Shown here one piece after another: positions 12,880 to 25,795 of a stretch of DNA of 64,000 bases (position 1 is the stretch's first letter; the number at the start of each line of letters is the position of its first letter). The DNA is taken from positions 40,672,001 to 40,736,000 of the forward strand of contig OZ024749.1 in assembly GCA_964016885.1 (NCBI GenBank). The letters run 5' to 3'. A program made the position numbers and the translations under genes. The notes beneath the pieces were generated by a model that was not told the DNA's origin, made no database searches, and saw only the letters and a list, made by a program, of their open reading frames with translations. Source of the DNA: Eledone cirrhosa (Eukaryota).

Positions 12880-14070
12880 ATCATCATCGTTTTTACATCG
12901 GTTTTTATATGCTTACAGAGGTTGGTCAGGTCCTTCTCAGTACAGCATCTCTCCACTCATTGTGTTTCAGCGGTTTGAGGTCAGCTCACACCACATCCGT
13001 CTATGTCTTTTTTGGTCTACCTTTACTGTGGATTCCTTCCACTGGGATTTCCTGGCACTTCTTCACCCACTGATCATAAAATAAAAAAAATAATGAAATT
13101 ATTGTGTACAGTGCTCAGGTGCACTACAACTCGTCAAAAGTGCATATATAGTACATAGAATAGAGTATACAAATGTCAGGAAAGTGAAGAGTATATGAGT
13201 CATGATATACATGTTTGCGTGTGTATGAAGAGGGGATTTCAGGTGTAGTGTTGGCGAATTTCAGGAAGCATGGAGGTTATATTCCGTAGCTTCTATCAAT
13301 TTTGATCACCCTGCACTTTTTTATACAGCTGTCATCCTTCATACACATCATATGACTATACCAACGTAATCTCCTCTCAAGTAAACTGCATCTGATACCT
13401 CTTATTCCTAATTTCTCATTTAGTTCGTTTACATTTATATATACATAAATATATATATATATATATAATATAATGAAATTATTGTGTAAAGTGCTCAGGT
13501 GCACTACAACTCGTCAAAGGTGTATGTATAGTACATAGAATAATACACAAATGTCAGGGAGGTACATGTGTGTATGTGTTAGCTGTAGTGTTGGCGGATC
13601 TCGGGAAGCATGGAGGCCTTAAAGGATGCAGTGTCTCGACAGCTAACAACTGATGCAGGTAGTTTGTTCCATGCTTCAGCAACTCTGAGCGTGAAAAAAT
13701 GTATATATATATATACATGCATATATGCATTGCAGTAAGACATGGGCAATGACTACAGAGAATGTGGGAAGACTGGAGAGAAATGAAGAGACCATGTTTC
13801 GATGGATGTGCAATGTTAAAGTATGTGAACAACAAAGCATGGTTGAACTGAGTGAGAAATTGCGTATAAGAGGAATTAATTGTTTTGTGCAGGAGAGAAA
13901 ACTGTGCTTGTATGGACATGTGATGTGCATGGATAATGATTGCTGGGTGAAGAAGTGCCAAGAAATACCACTGGAAGGAGGCGACAGTAGAAGAAGACTG
14001 GAGCAGAAGTGGTGAGATCTGATCTCAAATCACTGAAGCTCACAATAGAGATGATGACAAAGGATCACTC
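12880..14070. mobile_element. Cluster of LINE fragments: RTE (about 12880-13075 -, 13278-13430 -, 13725-14070 +) and CR1 3' ends (13090-13278 -, 13468-13700 -)
   Basis: RTE: SKTWAMTTENVGRLERNEETMFRWMCNV...LYGHVMCM; CR1 C-terminus: FFTLRVAEAWNKLPASVVSCRDTASFKASML. Confidence 0.8.
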
Positions 14071-14198
14071 ACATAAATATTCACATAGTCAAACACACTC
14101 ACACACACATATACAAATATCATGCATATGTGATGATGATGATGATGATGATGATATCATTGCCATCACTATCATTGCCTTTACCACCATATATATAC

Positions 14199-14232
<34 letters not shown>

Positions 14233-14284
14233 ACATATAAATATATATATTTATATATATATAGATATATATATGTATATATAT

Positions 14285-14636
14285 ATCATCATCATTCATC
14301 ATTTCATTTTATGTCCGCTTTTCCCCTGCTTGCAAGGGTGGGACGGGAACTGATTCTGGCTTGATTTCTACAGCTGGATGCCCTTCCTAACACCAACCTC
14401 ATTTACAGTGAGTGCTGGGTGCTTTTTTGCCGTGGCACCTCCACGACCACTTTGCAGTGGAATGATAGGGACCCCAGTCCCTATCATCTCATTTCTACAG
14501 CTGAGTAAACTGGAGCAATGTGAAATAAAGTGTCTTGCTCAAGGAAACAACACATCACCCGGTCTGAGAATTGAACTCACAACCTTTCATCGATTGCAAG
14601 CCCAATGCTCTAACCACTAAGCCATGTATGTGCCTC
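14285..14636 (-). mobile_element. tRNA-head SINE with RTE-derived tail
   Basis: Near-identical to 888-1212; further partial copies at about 395-610, 11455-11590, 15340-15490, 17615-17930, 20890-21010, 51990-52095. Confidence 0.8.
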
Positions 14637-14652
14637 CATATATATGTATGTA

Positions 14653-14707
<55 letters not shown>

Positions 14708-14923
14708 CCTATGCTCCGATGATTCCAGACATCCCTCATGAAGAAACAATTGTCAGCAAATAAATGTATTAAACTAAGATTTGATTGTTTTAACACTTTG
14801 TATATATATATACATATACATATACATGCATATATATATACATGTATTATATACGTTAGTATACATATATATATACGTATATATATATATATATATATAT
14901 AAATATATATGAAAAAGTTTGTC

Positions 14924-14989
14924 CTCATCAGTGGCCTTCCAACCGTCGTAGGCATTTCGTCGCATTAAAGGCCATATACCTCAGGTTGG
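14924..14989 (-). ncRNA. Permuted hammerhead ribozyme candidate (family H, variant 1), left arm of fold-back
   Basis: Reverse complement of 15148-15213. Confidence 0.6.
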
Positions 14990-15147
14990 TGCGAGCAACA
15001 GCTGAAAAAAGTCGTTGTGTCACGTAAATAAGGGGGACGCTAGGGTAAACAAACAAAATGGTTTAAGCAACAGAAAGTGTTTGTTTGTTTACCCTAGCGT
15101 CCCCCTTATTTACGTGACACAACGACTTTTTTCAGCCGTTGCTCGCA

Positions 15148-15213
15148 CCAACCTGAGGTATATGGCCTTTAATGCGACGAAATGCCTACGACGGTTGGAA
15201 GGCCACTGATGAG
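15148..15213 (+). ncRNA. Non-circularly permuted hammerhead ribozyme candidate with k-turn (family H, variant 1)
   Basis: CCAACC-UGA-GGUAU-A^-UGGCCUU-uaaugcga-C-GAA-AUGCC-UAC-GAC-GGUUGG-AAGGCCA-CUGAUGA-G; predicted cleavage after 15162. Confidence 0.7.
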
Positions 15214-15263
15214 GACAAACTTTTTCATATGTAACCCATTTGCAGCGCCGCAGCTCCATTATT

Positions 15264-15341
<78 letters not shown>

Positions 15342-16139
15342 CATCATCGTTTAATGACCATTTTCCGAGCACTCAATACAGGTTAGACGGGTTGTCCCAT
15401 TTGAGGTAAATTGGATCAGATGACTGTGTCTTACTCATGTAGAACTGTTTCTGGCTAGGTTTCTACGGCTGGATGCCCTTCCGAGCACTCAATACATGTA
15501 AGCAGAGTGTAATATATATTATCTGAAGAGATTGGCTTCTGTACAGTTTCTGTTAACCAAATTCACTCAAAAGGGGCATTGATGTGACTGAGGTATAAGT
15601 AGAAGTTACTTGATTAAAGTGCCAAGAAATAGAATCAAATCTGAAACCACATGGTTACAAACCAAACTATTTAACCACATAGCCACACCTTATTGCTTAC
15701 ACTCTACCTTCAATAAAGTGGGCTTTTTTTTTTAGTTTTTTTGTTGTTGTTTTTTTTTTTCCTACAACATCCATTATTCTGTATAAATCTGAATATTTAT
15801 GAGAGATTTTTTCCAAAAATTACTATTCTAGATAGGTAATGATATTGATTTCCTATCAGAAGTGGTATTTATGATTACCAACATTTTTTTTTTTTTTTTT
15901 TTTTTTTTTTTGTCTGATTAATCCACATATCTGGTCTGTGTTTTCAACAGCCATCGAATTAATCAAGAAAAATATCAGAACAGATAATCTTTTTTCTTAT
16001 CTTATATATATATATATATATATATATAAATATATGTATGTGTTTGTATATATATGTGTGTGTGTTTATGTATATATATATATGTGTGTGTGTTTATGTA
16101 TATATATATGTGTGTGTGTTTGGGTGTATGTACACATAT

Positions 16140-16560
16140 ATATCATCATCATCACCATTATCATTTCATGTCTGCTTTTCCATGCTTGCATGGGTTGGAC
16201 GTCTCGTTTTCCATACAATATCTCTCCACTTGTTGCCTTCCTTTGCCATCTCCTCTGTGAGCTTCAGTGATTTGAAATCACCTCTCACCACTTCCACCCA
16301 GATCTTCCTTGGTTTTCCTCTACTGCAGCTTCCGTCCACAGGGATTACTTGGCACCTCTTCACCCAACAATCATCATCCATGTGCATCACATGTACATAC
16401 CATGGTAATCTCCTCTCTTGCACACTACATCAGATTCTTCATATACCGAGTTTCTATTTCAGTCCATCCATGCTTTGTCGTTGACACACATTAACATTGC
16501 ACATCTATGGAAGCATGCTGGCCTCATTTCTCTCTGCATTCACTAACTTATTCACTATGC
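16140..16560 (-). mobile_element. RTE-clade LINE 3' fragment
   Basis: QERRLPWYVHVMHMDDDCWVKRCQVIPVDGSCSRGKPRKIWVEVVRGDFKSLKLTEEM...KTRRPTHASMEK plus (GAT)n tail. Confidence 0.85.
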
Positions 16561-17978
16561 ACTCACTATGTCTTACTAACCTGTTTTTTCCCTATATTTT
16601 GATAAATTGAATAAATTCATTAAATAAATTTATAGATATATACATATATATATGTTGGTTGTGATATGGTAATATTCTAATTTAATTTGTTTACTAAAAC
16701 ATTTTGGAAGATACAATTTAGTTTGGTAATATTCCCCAATTGTGCAATCATTTGTAAACAGTTTTACTACTTGACAATACAATACAGCATCAGACGATTT
16801 CTAGTCTTTGTGAAAAAAACAAAACAAGATAGAATTAGCTGAACAAATGATGGTCAGCATTCAACAGTGGACCATTTTTAGCTGATGCCATTGTTCTTAG
16901 GAAATTAATATATAATAAATAAGATACTGAATAATGTTTAATGTAGCCCAAATTTCTAGACAGAGTGAGGCAATGGTTAGAAATGTGATTTAAAAATAGA
17001 ACTGGTAAAATAAACAATTTTCTATGATCATTGCAATATTTCTAATAACTGATACTGCCTAGAATTAAGAATTTAATGAGATTTAGTAATATAATGAACT
17101 TTCTAATTATTAAGCTGGTGTTTGGAGCATAACTTAACAAATGTTGTATAAAATTTTAATAGAAGGTTTTAGATTTTGTTACCATATTTCTATTGCAAAA
17201 CACTGCTTAGAATTTTCAAATCATTTTGATATCATTTAAAAATAATCAAGAATTTGGAGAGATTGAGTAATATAACTAAATTTCTAATTGTTAAGCTGAT
17301 ATTTGTACCATATCTTAACAAAAGTTCTTATATAAAAATTATGATGGAGATATAAATATAAGCACTTTAAAATAAACAGTTTTGTATCATAGGACCAGAG
17401 GCAGTTTCAGCAGTTTTCTATTAAAAGTGTTTAAAATAGAATCGGTAAAACAAAACTTTTCTTTGTTAAATAAAAACTGAAGAATGATAGGAAGCAAAGC
17501 AGTGAAATTTTGAAAGGTAAAAAAATTGCTGAATCATGTTACCTAAAATAGAAGAGGAAGAAGTGTTTCTATAGAAAACACACGTCTTCTCTCTTGTTTC
17601 TAATTCAGTGTGAAAGTGCATGGCTTAGTGGTCAGAGAGTTGGATTCATAATTGTGAGGCCGTGAGTTCAATTCTGGACCAAGAGATGCATTTTATTTCA
17701 TGTTGCTCCAGCTCACTCAGCTGGAAAAAATGAGTTGCACCATCTTTAGTGCCAAGCTACATTGGCCTTTGCCTTTCCTTATGGTGGCGTGGAGAGGGGG
17801 GAGACATGGTATGCATGGGTGACTGCTGGTTTTACACAAAAACACCTTACCTGGGCTTGTGCTTCGGAGGGGAACTCTCTAGGTACAAAGCCCATGGTCA
17901 TTCGTGACCAAAAGCGTTTTTTACCCTTTAATTCATGCACAAGGACAGAAATTTGGTGAGAGGGGAAAATATTATTAA

Positions 17979-18365
17979 CCCTTTGGTTTTTAAACTGACC
18001 ATATCCAGCCAGAATATTCTCTCCTCTTTCTGTTCAAACTGACCCCAACCGTCCCCTCATACCAATATTAAGGTATTGTTCTCAAAATAAATAATTGTTT
18101 CTACTTTAGGCACAAGGCCACCAATTACCCAGTGCATTACTGGTACTTTATTTTATCGACCCCGTAAGGATGAAAGGCAAAGTCAACCTCGGCGGGATTT
18201 GAACTCAGATCGTAAAGGGACGTAACTATGCTGGAAAGCATGGCGTCCGACCCTCTACCGACACTGCCAATAAATAATATCAAAATCTCATAGATTCAAT
18301 ATTATGTGAGATAATTATGTGTGAAAATACAATAGTAAATTTAGAGTAATGTAAATGCTAAAGGG
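17979..18365. mobile_element. piggyBac-like MITE with nested SINE (18096-18268, - strand)
   Basis: TTAA|CCCTTT...AAAGGG|TTAA termini; SINE flanked by aataaataat duplication (18086-18095 and 18269-18278); empty paralogous site near 8744. Confidence 0.75.
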
Positions 18366-18819
18366 TTAAATCAACCACAGTACTCAATTGTTAATGTATT
18401 TTATTGACCCCTGAAGGACGAAAGGCAAAATTAACCCTCAAAACTGATAACAGTGAGTCCCCTTGCTCTCATTTTTGTATAACTTTGTCCAGTCCTACAT
18501 GTATTGTAGCCCTATGAAGGGCTAATGAAGAAATCACCACCATCACCACCACCACAATCAACATCATCATCATCACCATTATCATCATCAGTAGTAGTAG
18601 TAGTAGTAGTGGTGGTGGTGGTGGTTGTGGTGGTATTTATTGTTGTTATTTTACAACTCAAACATGAAAGACACATTCCAGGAAAATTCTGGTTATTTTG
18701 ATCCTAATTATGCTCCTGTAATAACATTGTAATTTGTATCACTATGGTAACCATAAACGATACGAGAAATCATGGAAGGTCATGTGATAAGTCTGTAATA
18801 TGATGATAATATATATATA

Positions 18820-19458
18820 TCACATGGAAGTGAGGTAAATATATCATATGGATTGAGGTAAATATATCACATGGAAGTGAGGTAAATATATCACATGGAA
18901 GTGAGGTAAATATATCATATGGAAGTGAGGTAAGTATATCAGATGGAAGTGAGGTAAATATATCATATGGAAGTGAGGTAAGTATATCATATGGAAGTGA
19001 GGTAAATATATCATATGGAAGTGAGGTAAGTATATCATATGGAAGTGAGGTAAATATATCATATGGATTGAGGTAAGTATATCATATGGAAGTGAGGTAA
19101 GTATATCAGATGGAAGTGAGGTAAATATATCATATGGAAGTGAGGTAAGTATATCATATGGAAGTGAGGTAAATATATCATATGGATTGAGGTAAGTATA
19201 TCATATGGAAGTGAGGTAAATATATCATATGGAAGTGAGGTAAATATATCATATGGAAGTGAGGTAAATATATCATATGGATTGAGGTAAATATATCATA
19301 TGGAAGTGAGGTAAGTATATCATATGGAAGTGAGGTAAGTATATCATATGGAAGTGAGGTAAATATATCATATGGAAGTGAGGTAAATATATCATATGGA
19401 AGTGAGGTAAATATATCATATGGAAGTGAGGTAAGTATATCAGATGGAAGTGAGGTAA

Positions 19459-19499
<41 letters not shown>

Positions 19500-19600
19500 T
19501 ACAAGGAAGTGTTTATATCATATGGTAGTGAGGTAAATATATATAGATAGATAGATATTACATGGAACTGAGGTAAATATAGATATCACATGAAAGTGAA
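18820..19600. repeat. 24-bp minisatellite
   Basis: Tandem tatatcatatggaagtgaggtaaR with occasional 23-bp ggatt variants, decaying at the 3' edge. Confidence 0.95.
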
Positions 19601-19859
19601 GTAAACAGAGCTAAATATCAAATACCAATAACTTTCTGCTTGATTTGTTTTAGTAAAATATCATTTTGATCAGTATTGATTAAATGCGATTAGTTATATT
19701 GAGTTCAGTTAAGTGTAATAATTAGTTGTCATAATTAGTTGGTGAATTAGCAATGTCGTTAGAGTGTAGGACAAATTGTCTAACAGTATTGCTTCCAGCT
19801 CTGAGTTCAAATCATGATGAGGTCAATGAAATAAAGTGCCAGTCATAAGTGGAAGCTTG

Positions 19860-20885
19860 GTGGAATGTAGATGGTGGTGGTGGTGGTGGTGGTGTTGGTG
19901 GTGTTGGTGGTGGTCGTGTTGGTGGTGTGGATGGTGGTGGTGTTGGTGGTGGTGGTGGTGGTCGTGGTGGTGGTGGTGTTGGTGGTGGTCGTGTTGGTGG
20001 TGTGGATGGTGGTGGTGGTGGTGGTGGTGGTCGTGGTGGTCGTGTTGGTGGTGTGGATGGTGGTGGTGGTGGTGTTGGTGGTCGTGTTGGTGGTGTGGAT
20101 GGTGGTGGTGGTGGTGTTGGTGGTGGTGTTGGTGGTGGTCGTGTTGGTGGTGTGGATGGTGGTGGTGGTGGTGTTGGTGGTGTGGATGGTGGTGGTGGTG
20201 GTGGTCGTGTTGGTGGTGTGGATGGTGGTGGTGGTGGTGTTGGTGGTGTTGGTGGTGGTCGTGTTGGTGGTGTGGATGGTGGTGGTGGTGGTGTTGGTGG
20301 TGGTGGTGGTGGTCGTGTTGGTGGTGTGGATGGTGGTGGTGTTGGTGGTGTTGGTGGTGGTGTTGATGGTGGTGGTGTTGGTGGTGTTGGTGGTGGTGGT
20401 GGTGGTGGTGTTGGTGGTGGTAGTGTTGGTGGTGTGGATGGTGGTGTTGGTGTTGGTGGTGTGGATGATGGTGGTGGTGGTGGTGTTGGTGTTGGTATTG
20501 GTGGCAGTGGTGATAGTGGTGTTGGTGTTGGTGTTGTTGGTGGTGGTGTTGGTGGTGTGGATGGTGGTGGTGGTGGTGGTGGTGGTGTTGGTGGTGTTGG
20601 TGGTGGTGGTGGTGTTGGTGGTGTTGGTGGTGGTGGTGTGGATGGTGGTGTTGGTGTTGGTGGTGTTGGTGGTGTGGATGGTGGTGGTGGTGGTGTTGGT
20701 GTTGGTATTGGTGGCAGTGGTGTTGGTGTTGGTGGTGGTGTTGTTGGTGGTGGTGTTGGTGGTGTTGATGGTGGTGTTGGTGGTGGTGGTGGAATGTAGA
20801 TGGTGGTGTTGGCGTTGGTGGCAGTGGTGGTGGTGGTGTTGGTGGTGGAGTTCATAGTGGTGGTGGTGTTGGTGTCGGTGGTGAT
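19860..20885. repeat. Compound (GGT)n low-complexity array
   Basis: GGT/GTT/GAT triplets; similar tracts at about 28470-29300, 35820-36790, 38360-38710, 47720-48300, 54845-55570, 60100-60780. Confidence 0.95.
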
Positions 20886-21021
20886 GGTGGGACGGGAACT
20901 GATTCTGGCTTGATTTCTACAGCTGGATGCCCTTCCTAACACCAACCTCATTTACAGTGTGGGCTGGGTGCTTTTTTGCCGTGGCACCTCCACGACCACT
21001 TTGCAGTGGGAGGGGGTGGCA

Positions 21022-21086
<65 letters not shown>

Positions 21087-21448
21087 ATAGAAACATGCAT
21101 TGATGTTTTATATATTTATTTATTTATTTATTCTCTTTGTATTGTTAGTTTGCAAATTAAGCCATAGAAATAGATTCTATGCTGGTTCTAATTGAAAAAA
21201 TAATACCACATAAAAAAAAAACCCCCAGAAAACGAAAAGCCAACCATTCCATTGCCAACTTGGAATTGGCACTGACTTATATAAGACTATTCAGGTATTT
21301 TTGTCCATGTATTCTCCATCCCCTTCTCACCTACCCGTCACCAGGGTCCTGCCATACCACTTTCTATCATCACCAGACACCCACATAAAAACAAATATAT
21401 TTTACTCTGTTTCAAACCAAGTAGAAAGAAGTTACTGAAGAAACCAAT

Positions 21449-21488
<40 letters not shown>

Positions 21489-21824
21489 GTGTTTGTGTGG
21501 GTGTGTGTAGGTGTGTGTATGTGTGTGTGTGTGTGTGTATGTGTGTGTTTGTGTGTGTGTGTGCGCAAGAGTGTGTGTTACCTGTTTGCCTGGACTAATA
21601 ATCAGAACTTATTGAAAAAAATGTTTGCTTGTATCATCATCATCATCATCATCATAATCATAATCATCATCATCATCATCATTGCCGTTGTCATCGTCGT
21701 TGTTGTTGTTAACAGTGGCTTCACCATGCCCATCATCAACATCATGATCATCATCGTCATTATTATCATCACCTTAATCATCATCAACATCATCATCATT
21801 GCTGTCATCACCATCAACTTCACC

Positions 21825-21856
<32 letters not shown>

Positions 21857-22596
21857 CATAATACATCTAATAATTGTGTCTAATTTAGGCACATGGTCAG
21901 CAATTTGTGCAGAGGAGAAAGTTGATTAAATCGACCCCAGTACTTCACTGGTACTGTATTTTGTCAACTGGGGAAGAATGATGAGAGTCAAAGTTGATTG
22001 AGGCAGGATTTGAACTGAGCATGCAGAGTGAGAGAGGAGGAGGAGGAGGAGAGGAGGAGGAGAGAGGGGGCAGGCGAGTGAGAGAGAGAGAGAAGGATAT
22101 TTACATATTTTTTTTTTTAATATATGTAAATTAAAAAAAAATATGTAAATATCCTTCTCTCTCTCTCACTCGCCTGCCCCCTCTCTCCCCCTCCTCCTCC
22201 TCCCTCTCTCCTCCTCCTCCTCACATGCTCAGTCAAATCTTGCCTCAATCAACTTTGACTTTGTTTGTTTTCAATCTTTTTTTTTTTTTTTGCAGGTTAT
22301 ACAGCATCCCTTGTTATTTTTCACACATAATACTGAAAAAAAATCCATTGCTTATTTATTGCTTTCCAAATAAAATAATTTAAAAAAAAAAAACCATGTG
22401 TTATTTTTGTTTTATTTTATTTTCATTTTATCTTTCAGTGGCGACCCTATACATAGGGTAAAGATTCCATAATTCCTTGTGGAGTCATAGAGGCACTGAG
22501 ATATGGCATGTCTAGGGAACTTTTAAACCTGGCAGAGCCCAACCCTCTGAACTAGTACTTTTTTTATCGACTTTGAAAGATGAAAGGCAAAGTTGA

Positions 22597-22636
<40 letters not shown>

Positions 22637-22790
22637 ATACTTTGGGAGGGTCATGTTGCCAATAAGAAACACACGCACCAGTTGCTTTCACTTCAATTTA
22701 TTATATATTTATAAATTTACAAATTTACAAATCTATAAATTTCTGGTTGGTTGGTTGGTTGGTTCCACAACCAGATAGTTGTTTATATAT

Positions 22791-22835
22791 AGTCATATTC
22801 CTTTCGTCACACACTCTGTGACCTCTTCAGTGACT
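22791..22835 (-). ncRNA. Minimal type I hammerhead ribozyme (family C)
   Basis: AGUCA-CUGAAGA-G-GUCACAgagugUGUGAC-GAAA-ggaa-UA^-UGACU: 5-bp stem I, 6-bp stem II, 1-bp stem III. Confidence 0.7.
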
Positions 22836-23004
22836 GGGGATTCCTTTCTTTGTTTCTGTGCCTTTCCTTTCTTCTGTCCTACGCCATTTTGTTTCTGTGT
22901 GTGTGTTGTGTGCTCAGTTTGCGCATGACCCTCCCAAAGTATAACAATATCGGTTTCAACACACGATTTCAGATAAAGAATCTTGCTAAAAAAATTCAGA
23001 AACG

Positions 23005-23053
<49 letters not shown>

Positions 23054-23116
23054 ACTGTATCATATATATTATACATTACTGTATTATATACAATACTGTA
23101 TCATATGTATTATAAT

Positions 23117-23300
23117 GTGGATTGGCAGAATCAGTGGAGAGTCGGACGCCATGCTTTCCAGCATAGTTACGTCCCTTTACGATCTGAGTTCAAATCCCGC
23201 CGAGGTTAACTTTGCCTTTCATCCTTCCAGGGACGATAGAATAAAGTACCAGTAATGCACTGGGTAATTGCTGGCCTTGTGCCAAAAGTAGAAACAATTA
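23117..23300 (+). mobile_element. SINE family 2 (about 180 bp)
   Basis: gtggattggcagaatc...gagttcaaatccc...ctttgcctttcatcctt..gggtcgataaaataaagtaccag...gtagaaacaa; copies at about 32216-32398, 32408-32595, 38120-38290 (+) and 18096-18268, 54300-54445, 54460-54640 (-). Confidence 0.8.
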
Positions 23301-23516
23301 TAATGTTTTATATATATATTATACATTACTGTATCATATATATTATTATTCTATATATATATTATTATGTTATATATATTACTGTGTGTTGTATATATTA
23401 TTGTTATACATATTATGTTATATATATTTCTGTGTTGTATATATTTTGTTATATATATATTTCAGTGTTGTATATATCATTGTTATATATATATTTCTGT
23501 GTTGTATACATCATTG

Positions 23517-23588
<72 letters not shown>

Positions 23589-24309
23589 GTTGCATATTGT
23601 TATATATATACATATAGTTATGTAATAAACAACATAAGGCAATTATTCCATTTACCAGTGGTTTCTTAAAAGCAAAAAAATGTTCCTTTCAATCATCAGA
23701 ATGAAAAAATCCTGGTGTTTTTATTGACGTTGGATTTAAAAAAACAAAAAAAAACGGTTTTTTAAAAAAATCCAACGTCAATAAAAACACCAGGATTTTT
23801 TCATTCTGATGATTGAAAGCAAAATTTTTTTTTTGCTTTTAAGAAACCACTGGTAAATGGAATAATTGCCTTATGTTGTTTATTACATAACTATTAAGTT
23901 CTGTTACCTCCATAGAGCACTCTTTTTTCCTGGACTTTTCCGACAGAATTACTTCATTTATATATATATATATATTATGGTGGTGTATATATTATCATGT
24001 TATACATATTATATAGAATTGGTTGGAGATGGATAACATTGATTTAATTTAGTAGAGAGCCGTCTGATGGAACAGAACCATTGTAAATTGCTTGGTGTAG
24101 AAATCTAATTGTGTGATGAATAACAGCAGCGAGGGAGAGAGACAGACTGGTGTCTGTAGTTTCTTTACTTTCTTTTTGGTGATGACTGATGGAATTATTT
24201 ACACCTTTGTGTTCCTTTATTGAACCTGTTGTTAGGTATTCACTGTTACTATGAATTACAGACATATACATACAGACATATTTACATACAGACACATGCT
24301 CATATACAT

Positions 24310-25410
24310 GCATTTATATACATACACACATATATATGCACAGTTATATGCATACATACACACATATATATATATGTACAGTTATATACATACATACACA
24401 CATATATGCACAGTTATATGCATACATACACACATATATATGCACAGTTATATACATACATACACACATATATGCACAGTTATATACATACATACACACA
24501 TATATATGCAGTTATATGCATACATACACACATATATATGCACAGTTATATGCATACATACACACATATATATATATGTACAGTTATATACATACATACA
24601 CACATATATGCACAGTTATATGCATACATACACACATATATATGCACAGTTATATACATACATACACACATATATGCACAGTTATATACATACATACACA
24701 CATATATATGCAGTTATATGCATACATACACACATATATATGCACAGTTATATACATACACACACATATATATATGCACAGTTATTTACGTACATACACA
24801 CATATATATGAATAGTTATATACATACAAACACACACATATATATATGCACAGTTATATACATACATACACACATATATATATGTACAGTTATATACATA
24901 CACACATATATGCGCAGTTATATGCATACATACACACACATATATATATATACACAGTTATATACATACATAAACACATATATATGAATAGTTATATACA
25001 TACATACACACATATATATGAATAGTTATATACATACATACACACATATATATGAATAGTTATATACATACATACACACATATATATGAATAGTTATATA
25101 CATACATACACACATATATATGAATAGTTATATACATACATACACACATATATATGAATAGTTATATACATACATACACACATATATATGAATAGTTATA
25201 TACATACATACACATATATATGAATAGTTATATACATACATACACACATATATATGAATAGTTATATACATACATACACATATATATGAATAGTTATATA
25301 CATACATACACACATATATATGAATAGTTATATACATACATACACACATATATATGAATAGTTATATACATACATACACATATATATGAATAGTTATATA
25401 CATACATACA
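24310..25410. repeat. About 28-32-bp minisatellite built on TA/CA microsatellite
   Basis: Repeated gcacagttatat... switching to gaatagttatat... in the 3' half. Confidence 0.9.
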
Positions 25411-25721
25411 TACGCACTCACAGACACACAGACATACACAAACATATTTACATACAGACACACATACACACTTTTACATATAGACACACACATACACATA
25501 CACACACACACATATACACATATTTATATAGAGACACACACACGTACACTTTTACATATCGACACATGCATAAACATACACATATAGGCACATATACACA
25601 CAGACACGTACATACACATATTTGCATACACACAGACACACAAACATACATACATATACATATATACATATTCAAACTTATAAACACATGTAAGAAACCT
25701 CTGACAGGCACACATACATGT

Positions 25722-25795
<74 letters not shown>

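Noticed and set aside
15154-15212. Reading family H as a box C/D snoRNA or SECIS element
   Set aside because: Boxes are in the wrong order for a snoRNA and there is no selenoprotein context; the hammerhead plus k-turn model explains the conserved residues and covariation better
18820-19600. Regular short repeats resembling a CRISPR array (also 57109-57924)
   Set aside because: Head-to-tail units without unique spacers; eukaryotic context; no cas genes
19812-20951. Long Pro/Thr-, Gly/Val- or His-rich ORFs (also 28442-29382, 30250-31740, 36880-38105, 54674-55588, 59847-60899)
   Set aside because: Stop-free frames produced by GGT/GAT/CAC simple repeats; open on both strands; no splice or domain evidence
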